A stretch of 63,580 nucleotides of DNA, the filler included, from Bipalium vagum (lineage: Eukaryota): NCBI GenBank assembly GCA_037834085.1. It is 3 parts of 3 records of this genome, joined end to end, with 100 filler letters (N's around TTAATTAATTAA, not from the genome) between each part and the next. Parts side by side here need not be neighbours in the genome. Positions count along the whole stretch, not along the records: positions 1 to 26,661 come from JBBMKC010135109.1; 2 more parts are not named here. One strand, written 5' to 3'. The notes below the pieces were generated by a model. That model made no database searches. It was not told the origin of the DNA and saw only the letters and a program-made list of their open reading frames with translations. The number at the start of each line of letters is the position of its first letter. Positions within the stretch are counted from its first letter, which is position 1. Positions 12,321 to 24,000 of the stretch are shown one piece after another. A program made the position numbers and the translations under genes.

Positions 12321-15300
12321 CTTATCTTATTATTATCTTATTAAAATAAGTAAGATATTCAAATCTTTTATCATTAATATTTAAAATAATAAATCATAAT
12401 ATCTTATATTCAAATTATTTTTGTAACATAATTATAACAGATTCCAGGGAATTTGATTAACATTCTAAATAATATTTAATAATATTATGGTTTATGTCTG
12501 TTATTTTTATATTTTATTAATATTAAGCTAGATGTTTTTCTGGGAATTTTACAGGTCCAATGGATAGGCTAATCAAGATCTCAAATTCTAATAAGCCAAC
12601 AGTACTGATTCTTGACATTCCATTGCCCATAGATGAGGCCATTTTGGGCAGCATTTGTAACTGTAAATATCTCAACATTTCCACAATCGATTCCTTGAAT
12701 CTGGAAGAGAGCAGTTTGTTAAGCAAAGTAGCGACAATCATTTATCAAAACGATCTCAACAAAGTTGACCTTTTGAAGTTTAAATCGCTGAAACACCTCG
12801 TGAAAATCGGACCCAATTTGATGTCGAATGATGTACAATTAATCACTGAAAAAAGTAATATTAAAAAATAATAACACTAATTCCATTTCATAAGATAAAA
12901 TATTGAAAAAATATTATTAATAAAATATCGTGTGTGATTTATAATTGTTTGAGCGGGCAGAATTCCAAGATTGAAACTAATAATCATCTGGCACGCGATC
13001 TCAACATGGAGCCATCTGTAAGCGTCTACACAATTCGGTAGCGGAGAAGAACAAGTTAATTGAGCCCAGTCCCAATCTGTTGTCTAATGTTCACTCTTTA
13101 CACCAGTGAGTTACCCTCTCAGCCACACAGAGTCTAGCTCAGTAAGAGAAGTAGAAAGAAACATAGGTAAATAGATGGTGGGAAGCCCTAACCAAATTTG
13201 TAATTTTCAGCAATTTGACGACCAACTCTGTTTTAATTTAGATCGGAATTGTCTTTATTAATACTTGGTTATTACTACTGCATTTGATAACATCATACCA
13301 ACCTCATTCATTTTTACCACCAACATTCCCTGATTGCAAAGCGCCATCGTAATTATCTATAAGTAGTTATTAATTAGATGAATATGCGGTAATTTTAATT
13401 TACTTTCTCTTACAATTACATAGTCCTACTTCTGCTTTCATGTGCGTATCTGATTGACAATCTTTTACCAATAAACTCGGATAATTAAATATGAAATTTT
13501 TATGAAAAAAGATTGGTAAATATTAACGAAAATAAATCGGATTCTTTATTTTTTGTTATACTGTTTCTTGATCTGTTTAAATTAAGCAATTTTATGTTTC
13601 CAAGGAAACAGAATGGCAAATTAACACTCTTGATTATATTAAGAGTTTTATAATTAATAAATTTTTTATATATAATTAACAAAAATATAATTTCAATGAA
13701 TGAATTTTTGTAATGCAGTAAAACAAAATTTGAATATTTAGAGGAGATAAAACTTTTTCTATTTCCTATGGAAACTAGAGTAAATAAATAAAGGATTAAA
13801 ATGTTAAGGGATTAAATCTCCAAAATTATGTAAACGTTTGTATGAATTTATAATAGTAGGTCTTAGCATTTTGGTTTGTTTGTTTTAATGAATGAAATAT
13901 CATAAATGGCAAAAAACAAAAATCGTTATTTCTAATTTTAAAAAAATGTTTGTCTTCAGAGAATATTTTAAAAATATTTTTCTTCATTAAAATATTTTTA
14001 TATTTCACGCTGTTAGAAAACTTTATCGATACAATTTTATACTTATATTGTTATAAAAAATATTATTTTATGTAATGAGTCAAGTTTAAGGATTCTTTCT
14101 ACAGGAAAAGTATCATGTATTCCTAGGTGCAAGCTTAAGAGAAAGAAGAAGATTTTTAGCTAAAAAATAAACTCCAAGTTTCAAAATAATAACAATAAAT
14201 TTGTGCATATTATTAATATGTAGTAATATTAAATTCATTAATAAACTTATTCAAATCTTTTTATTTTTAAAATTGTTTAATAAAAATAAAATAGTTAATA
14301 GTTAAAAAATAAATAAATGAAATTTTATTTATTTATTAGAAGAGTTTATTTATATTTTTTTTCTTTATATAAGATAATTATGTTTTTATAATATTCAAAT
14401 ATAACATATTTTATTAAAAACTTTTATCGATTTTACAAAAAAATACATTTATTAAGAAGCGTATCCGGATGAAATATTTTAATAATAATAATAATAAATA
14501 AATAGAAATTTGGAGGGAAATTAATAAAAAAATAATCCGATTTTATCATTTATATATATTTTTATATCTTTATATATATATGTATGGAAAAGTAATAAAA
14601 TATATTCAATTAATATATTCAGAAAATAATAATTAGGAAACAATACTTCATGTGAATGATAAAATAGGCATTCAGTAACCATCGCAACATGGAGTAACTA
14701 GTGGCTGGTGGTGGCAGAATATTATGCATCTCATCTCTGACAATTTTCGGTCAGAGCAGATTGAGAGACTTAATCCAGAAGGCAGGTTACGTGAACAATT
14801 ATCATAATTGGGCAGAGAGGCCAGTTCCGAGATCTTAACATAGGTTGTTTGTAGACGATGCTACTGGTGTAATTATTGAACTCAGATGATTTACCATAGT
14901 CTTGTTAACAGTATTATCCTGACTGATTAATTTTCTGGAAGATGCTCTGCCACGATAAATCTTCAACTGGTATTCGCATCATTCACCTGGGCGTTTAATC
15001 GACATATAATTTAATTCTCATCAACAAACTTTTTTCCTTTTCAACTTTGTAAAGGATTACTATAATCCGCTGTGTAAAGCTTATTACGTAAAAATCGCAA
15101 ACATTTCATTTATCAAAAATATATAAAATTATTTTTTTGAGTATTTTTTCCGCGTTAAATTTTTGTGGAAAAACATGAATATATTTTTTATAACTTTCTT
15201 TTGATAAAATATAAATCTACTGATTCCAATTATAATGGAAAATGTACAAAGGGATTTGCAATTTATTAATGCTTCAATGAGCGGGTATTGCAGAATTGGT

Positions 15301-18040
15301 GTACTGTGAGAAGTTGAGGAAAAAATAATAAAAATATTAAAATTGATTTTTTCTAGAAATTTTATTATTATTATTATTTTATTTCCAGATATCGCGTTGA
15401 GCATCATCAGTGCACCTAGTGTCGATGAAATTGCTGACACAATAATTTGCCTCATCCTCAACCTATATCGGCATACGTCGTTCCTATTAAAATATACCAA
15501 TGATTTCAAGCAAATATTTGAATGGAATAACGATATACAAAGTGGACATAAAGTACGACCTATTAAAGGTCAGGTTTTGGGTCTGGTTGGAATTGGTATG
15601 TGATGTTTAAGAGTAATAACTTTTTAAGTTATACAATCCAGGTCAAATTGGAATAGCTGTTGCAATCCGAGCTCGAGTATTTGGGTTTAATATCAAATTT
15701 TACGATTCTACCATTCCAGCGGGAAATGATTGGTATTTGGGCTTGAAAAGAGTAGATAGTCTGTCCCAGCTTCTTTCAGAATCTGATTGCGTATCAGTAA
15801 ATATCGATCATACATGTGACTTTAGTCAATCAATAACTTCTAATTACTTTGAGTACTTAAAAAAAGGTAAGAAACTATAATCTGTATTTTTATTGCTATT
15901 ATATACAACTACTGTAAATAAATTATCATTGGATTCTAAAATATATGAAATCATCTGTAGTTTTGTCACGAAAACATAAGAATTATAAGGTATGTGTATA
16001 TATAAGAAGAATAAATTATTACACTAAATTTAATGTTCGCCTTAGATAATTTTATTAAGGTGGCCAATAGATTTCCGTAATTTTGCATATGCTTATAATG
16101 CTATTTTTTAACACAAATAGTTTTTTGTTATAAACTCTTATTTTACTTAAAAAGCTGTAAACAAATCAAAATATTTTTTATAGTATTGATATTTAATTGT
16201 ATATTTTCCTGAAAAATCTGGCTCGAGATTAATTTGATGCTGAGCTATATAGCCAACAAATTGTTAAGTTATACCTCAACGGTATTCAACACTAAATACT
16301 AGGCTACACGTGGTTATTTTAGTTAAAACAAAAATTAACAGTCTAGATATAGAAATCCTATCACATCCAACATGTAGGCCCATTCTAGTGACATTAGATT
16401 TCCAATTATTTCGATTAATAACCACGATGATTAAAACAAGGAAATTTCCAGATCCACACTAATTCTTTGCATCTAAGAATGTGTTTTGGTATCAAAATGG
16501 TCTCTTATGGTTGGTCAAAAGGTGGTTAAAGACAATTAAACATGACGGTTTGTATTTCGATGAATAAAAATCACTCTTCTAATTTTTGTATTCAGTAACA
16601 ATAATATACTGAAAATTCCGGAAACTTAAAGGCCATCCTAATATAAAATAAAAATTGTGACGGAAGTAATCATTATATCAAGTGATTAAGAGAATTTCTT
16701 ACAACTATTTTTATTTAATATTTTATTTTTTAAAATATGACATTCATATTGATTGTGTAACATCAGCCTTGAATTTAGTAAAACAAATAATTATAGTTTA
16801 TTTTCACTGAAAATTTATCATTACGTTCTAATTAATACATTAAGAAATTAAAATAAAAAAATTTAACAGTTGAAAAAAACATAATAATTATAAAAGAAAA
16901 AATAATAGTTTTATTTCAATGATTCTTCATTTAAATATCGAAAGTATAAAATATAAAATATATAATGTCAATAGAATATATTATTATTTATATATTAAAA
17001 TTTTATATATTAAATATTTATATATTAAAATTTTATTTTCAAGAAGTAATAAGGAATTAGCTGAAATTCACTCCATATTTTCAGTTTCAGTTTTTATTAA
17101 TCAATTACAGGAATAATATTATATAATTTGATATAAAATAAATAAACAGAAATCAAAAATTGTTAGTTCAAAGACAAATTTTTAACCTTGAAGAAATACT
17201 AAATTTAGACAAGTTCTTCTAAACGATTTTCTGTTTGAATGGAACACAGCCTTCGTAATGGCAAACAATAAATAATTGATGATCATTGAATTGGAACTTA
17301 CCCTACTACTCTACCAATAACTAATCTTGTTCAAATCCTTTGTAGTTCTGTTTATTGGTCGAATCACTCCTGTCTTTAACTGGTCAGGTGAGAATATCGC
17401 ATATCAGTTGAGAAATTTAGTTTCCATTTCCACAGTTTTCAATGTAACATGATCAAACAATTGTTTAATGTCTTTCAATTTGATTTCTCCATTCTGTTTT
17501 GTAGATATGTATATGGCTTCTACATTTTGAAAAAGATATATCATTTTATTGAGAATAAGATATTTTTTGATTTTCCACTTTAGATGGAATTTCAAGATCA
17601 CCTTTCATTTCTACAGTTTCCCTTTTTAAAAATAAAAGCAATTAAAAAGGATGATATAAAATATCTCAATGAAGTTGTGTAGAAATTATTTATTTCTTTC
17701 TATAAATATATTGGAAATTGTTATGAAATATAATAATAATAAAAGTATAAAATTGATATTACACTTTAATTAAACTCCCAAACTGCGCACGAAGAAATAA
17801 ATAGAGGTGAGCGTATATTTTTGCAGGAAAGTGTTAATATTTTGAAAAAGATGAAATTTTTAAGATCTTTGTGATTTTAAGATTTTTTTTCACAGAGACA
17901 GTAGTGCAAAATATTTTATGCTCTTAATATTTGGTTAAAAAGAATGTGCAATTTAATATTTATACTAATATTTAATATTTATACTATATAATAATAATAT
18001 ATGATAATATATAATAACAATAAATAATAATAATAATAAT

Positions 18041-18073
<33 letters not shown>

Positions 18074-21000
18074 TAATCCTTCATTATTTTATGAATCATT
18101 ATTATACGAGGGTAACATAGAAATTGAAAACAATTCCAAAGTAGAGTGTAATATAAATAAAAGGGGCTGTCGTCTTAGTCAAGATTTTCCAAAAAGCTGC
18201 AAGGATAATATCAAAGACCTGTTTTTTTGTTCTCACAATAATAACTAAGTTTTTTTCTCAATGCTCAAATTACAATCAACATTTCTTCAATAAGCCATTA
18301 GACGAAATGATCGTTTTTCTCTTTGAATAAATTCCTTAAATAGATTTCGCATCCTAACGAAAATTTAATATCTTTAAATGTTGTAATATAAATATGTTAA
18401 CGTTTTTTGTTGAGTTTCAATTTTGAATATAATCTCATCTGTCATAGCGAAAAGGAAATGAAAATTTACTTATTTAATCAGTAACAATTTCTTTTAATTT
18501 CTTGTACTGGTAATAATAAAATAAGTCTTTAAAGTGATTTAAGTACAGAACCAGATAACGGAATAAAAATATTTTTTATATTTATTTTAGGCTGTATAAT
18601 GAAATGAAAAATGTGATTATTTTGAACAATATTTAATTTCTTTTTTCTCATTCTTCTGCTTCTTTGACATTGTTTAAATGATATATAATAGAATATCCAA
18701 TCCACATAGTTTGCTAAGCAGCCTAAAATCGTGTTCACAACCATTTTCATTTCCAGGTATTTGTTATCAACCTTTCAAAATTATCTTACCTCGAGAAACT
18801 TCTGTTTTGTGCTTATCATGTAACAGTTGATTGGAGTACTCCATCATCAATGAAATGCCTAGTAATAAAGTCTTTCCCCAAATGTTTGCTTTCATTGTGA
18901 AATTTACAATACGATATTTGATAATCATTTCTGAAAAGGTCAATAATTTAAGAATACTGGTATTTTTATCTTACTTCTATGTATCATTTTAAAGATCCTG
19001 ATTTGCTTAATAAGTTACCATAAGCCACTTAAACAATTTGTTTATTAAATTAAAGTTATTTAAGTTTTAAAATTTCTCATTTTCTATTTATAGTGTTACT
19101 TATTTTTGCACTTATGAGTTAGATTTTGACAAAGTTTCACATCACTTCCAAATGTTCAGATTAGATGAAAACATATGATGACGGGATAGTGACCTCATTT
19201 AGGTTTCTTAAAACAAAACATTACAAAAAATTGACAAAATTAATCAGAAGTGATAAATCTATAATGATTTAATTTAACTCGTGACTGACTCCTACGCTTA
19301 TGGCTGGGTTTCTATTCTCATTCAAATAAGAAACTCAAAAAGTCGCTAAGTTTTATTTCCTATAACAGGATTCAATACAAGATTTAAAAATGGTCGTGAT
19401 GATTTAAATGACAATGAAAAGTTTGGATGTCAAGATGCTGAAAATTGTCCATAAATGGTGGAAAAAGTACGTGAAATCATTGCTCGTGAAAATAAAATGA
19501 CTTTGATAATATTAGTAGAAGAATTAAATACAAGTTTCTTTATCATTTGGATAGTTTTAACCAACTATTTTAGTAAAAGAAAGGTTTATGCCAAACTTGT
19601 TTCACATGCATTAAATGAAAACAAAACACAGCTCGTGTTGATATTGGAAAGATCTTTTCAACACTGTTTTAAAAAATCCAGATTCTATTGATTCAATTAT
19701 AACTGGTGATGAAACATCTTTTTTCAAATATAATCCTAAAACAAAGGGTCAAAGTAATGAATGAAAGTTGGTAGATGAGCCGAAACCAAAAAAATTGCGT
19801 ATTTTAAAATCAAGAATTAAGACAATTCTTATTACTTTTTTGATTCGAAAGTTATATTCCAAAAGGAACTTGTCTCAAAAGGTCAAACTTATAATGCTAA
19901 ATATTATTTAAATGTTTTACATCGTTTGTGGTCAAGAATTGTTCGAGTTGAGCTGAATATCAAAAAGAAAAGCAATTTTTATTGCACGATAATGCCCCGC
20001 CTCACAAGACCATAAAAATATGTATCATCGGATGTCCACTATATTCACTTGATCTATCATCCTGAGACTATTTTCTATTCCAAAAGCTGAAATTGACATT
20101 GAAAGGTGTATTTTATGATGATATTCAAGCTATTCAAGGAGCCTTGACACGAGTGCTCAAGAAAATTCCTTTAAATGACTTTGAAAAATTTAAGCATGCA
20201 CTAGCTCACCGTGCCATATCTTGTATTGAATCACATGGAACCTTTTTTGAATAATTTTGAAGTCTTTCAGTTATAATATCACAAGGTGTGTATATGTACA
20301 TATATATTGTAAAAAAAATTTTGATTTTATGAAAAACTTTTTAAGTATTAATGATTTGATTATAACATTATTTTTCTTTTACCTAAAATGAAAACTAATT
20401 TAATCGTTACATATTCAAAAAAAATATGCATTTCCCTCCATATTTCGAATTTCATAACAATAGGGATGAGTATTTTAACCAAACGCAATGCGATAAAGAT
20501 TTTTATGCTCTTCTTTATTTTAAAATTCCCAAAATATAGAAAAGTTGAAAAAATATTATCATATTAAAAAAGATAAACATTGGATATGATAAAGCCACTT
20601 TTATGGAACACTCATCGATTTAGTTCCATTTTAAGTGTTTCAATTTTACTTTGGTTTTCACATAAATAGAAATCGATTGAAACTTAATTTAAATGCCAAA
20701 GGTCATTTCGGTGTTTATTTAAATAAATTGTCGTTTGGCATGCGAGCCTTTTTATTAACTTTATATTTATTTACACTGTAAATGCTGTAACCAAAGATTT
20801 AATATTTTATTATTACTTCTAGTTATACTTTTACATATTTCCCATTATTCTTTGATGATTTAAAATAAGCACATATTCGGTGGCATTTAAATCAAACAAA
20901 ATCTTATCATTATCGTGAATATTATATCATATTATTGGATATATGTAACTAAATAATAGAAATGTAACTAAAGTTTTATTTCAGATTCTTATTTTATCAA

Positions 21001-24000
21001 CATGTCATCAGTCCCTACCATGCACATTACCAGTAATGTTTTACATGTTGTCGAAGACGTAATTGGCGGGGCTGTCATTAATGCTTCTTGTATCGACCCA
21101 GCAATAATTGAAGGTTTGAGAACGTTATTTTTTGACTGATATGATATGTATAATAATATATAGATTTGTTGGAGATTCACAGCAATAAGATTACAATAAT
21201 GCCTATTCAAAATGAGTACAGTTATACATGTTTAATGGAAATGAGAGAACAGGCTCTTTATGAAGCTCGAAGAGGTTTACTTAACGGTTCTTTACAAAGT
21301 CTTCGAAGCTGCGTAAACAAAAATGAGCTGATCCATCAAAGTTTAATGTCAGAAAATCTTTCAAGTAATCCTCAATTTGGAATTCTGAATATTCTTCATA
21401 AAAATATTATATTTGACAAATCTAAGATTCATTGATTTCCATTTCCATCAGGGACTCGACGATATTGAATTTTCGATATTACATCTGGTGCATACCTTGA
21501 ATATGTATTTATATTTTCATGTCTACATAATTTTTCAGTAATCTTTCATTAAGCTATATTTCGTTCACTGTGATACAATGCTTAACAATGCAAAGTCATT
21601 AATCTTACATAATGCTAAAATAGTGTATCTGTAATTAATTTCTCTTGAGGACACCCGACTATAATTTCAATAGACAGACTTTGGCAACTATTGCATTGGT
21701 TTTCAGTATAACTGATACGCCACTTCTAATGTAGCATAATCTTTCTTCCTATCGTTTTGGTCTGAATGTCGAGCATTGTTTACCGATTGCTGCGTTAAAT
21801 TAGCTGTGATTATTGGTTTTGCTGGTGGCATTAGCTGCAAAAGTGACAGAATCGTTACAAATCCCATTAAAGATATGATATATAATAATTATACCATCCA
21901 TTATTTCATCCAGACTTTATTATAAGTCAACAACTAGGTTAGCTGAACATGAAAAGAAAGAAAAACTGTGATGATCATCGTCGATTGTTTCTTTGCAGTT
22001 TGAATTAATAAGGTTTGAAAAATAAATTTATTTTTGTGAGAAAAAATAATTTTCTTTCTTCACATAAAGTATACTGTTTTCTGTGTTGAAAAAATAATTA
22101 ATGTGAACTTCAACACGAAAGTTAAATTATTATTACTATTATTATTATTTTTGAATTATTAAAAATTATGTACAAAATTCCCTGCAAATGTGATTGTATT
22201 ATTGATTTCAGGGACTTATCTGCCATCCTTTATACATTTATGATAGTGTTTTATATATAATCACCAAACCGAAGTCATCACTATGAAACCCTTACCACTT
22301 ATAACACTTATCTCCACACTTGTTACATTTTTAAGAAAGATTACCTCCAAGAATTTTATTATTTTTTAAATCAGACTTCATGATTGATATTATTTTTTAT
22401 ACAAACGCACGGTTGAATCAAAAATTTTCAAATATTGCGCAATCAGTTGCACAAATTAAAATTTTTATTAAATCTTTACGCATTTATACACTTTGAACTG
22501 AATCTATGCCAATTTTTATTAAATCTTACTCGGGTTAATCTGAACTTTTATGAATGATTTAAAATAAATAACAACAATTATCAAAAAAGTCAGCTCAAGA
22601 AAACTTTAGAGACGTGATTCTCCACTACATTTATGTGCAGTCCAATTTTTGAATTTGCCACCAGATTTTATTAAAAATGTTTATTATAAAATATATTATT
22701 TGTTTGGATAATACAAACTTGGTTTGAAAAAGAAAGCTTCACGAAGATGATGACGACGTCAGCAATGTCAGGCTAAGGAGCTCACGCCCAGTTCCAGTCA
22801 ATATACTAAAAATAATACGATAATAATACGATTTTATTTCATCGGAAATTTAATGACAATTTCTAACAATATTGATTCTCATATATAATGGAAAATGATG
22901 TGGTTGTTCCTGAGCGCCTGGTATGTGGTTGTACATTTTCCAATAGTGCTATGATTCCGAACAAGCTAAACGCAAATTGTTGACTAACCATGCTTCGTTA
23001 AAAGACATAAGTTACTTTCAAATATTATTATCGGCAAAATTAAAACAAGCAAACGTTTTGGAAAACAATTCACTTAGTGAACAAGGTTAGATATGTTCCT
23101 ATGAAATTGCCGAATTAATTGCGGTTAATTTAAAACTTAATAACTTGGCTGAAGAAATAATATTACCAAGTTTTTGCGAATGGTTAATTATATAAAATCA
23201 AGTCCATTAAAAGTCGCAAAGTAATTTGAGCCAAGCCATGGAAGATACGAATGCCTGGTATTGCTCTCAGATTAAACTTAAACAAAGAAGAAGAATTATT
23301 TTCGCTTTGAAATAATCGAGATTTTATCCACAAGCATTCGAAGAGTCAATCAATTCGTTTTTTATTAAACACACGCGGCTGAGCTGCTAAAATTAAAGTC
23401 TTAAAAATATTATTTCCATTTCCTACACCTCTTCGGATCTTCAGCATTAAGAAAAATAAAAATAGATTAAATTTAAATTAAGAAGACTTAATTTTCAGGG
23501 TCTTATCACTTTTACGTCCAAGTGTGAAACCAATTATAACCATGAAGTTCAAATTTCCAATTAATTTGTGGATAATCATTTGATGAATCATAATTCGTAA
23601 CTCATCCCAGCTTTGTTAAAGCAACATTCTCCTTTATTCTTTCAAATTATTTTATTTTACATTGAAAATGATTTTCATTAACTATTTTACAGAATGAAGT
23701 AGGTGTAAGTGTGAAATTGTTAGAAGTATGCCTCGAAAAAAAGAGGTTAAGAAGAGATGACTATTGAACTTCAATCAATTCATTGATTGAATGAAGAAAT
23801 GTGTGAAAATCGAACTAAGTGATGGTTTTATGTTTAGAAATTTCATATTTGAACTAATAAAAATATGTGATTTTCTTGGTTGAAGTAACTCGTTTGTTAA
23901 GCATTTATGAAAATTGTTATGTTACATATTTTCTGGTTCTAATTCAATTTTTAAATAGTTATAGATGGAGAAATATATATGAAATAAGCACCATGTAGTT

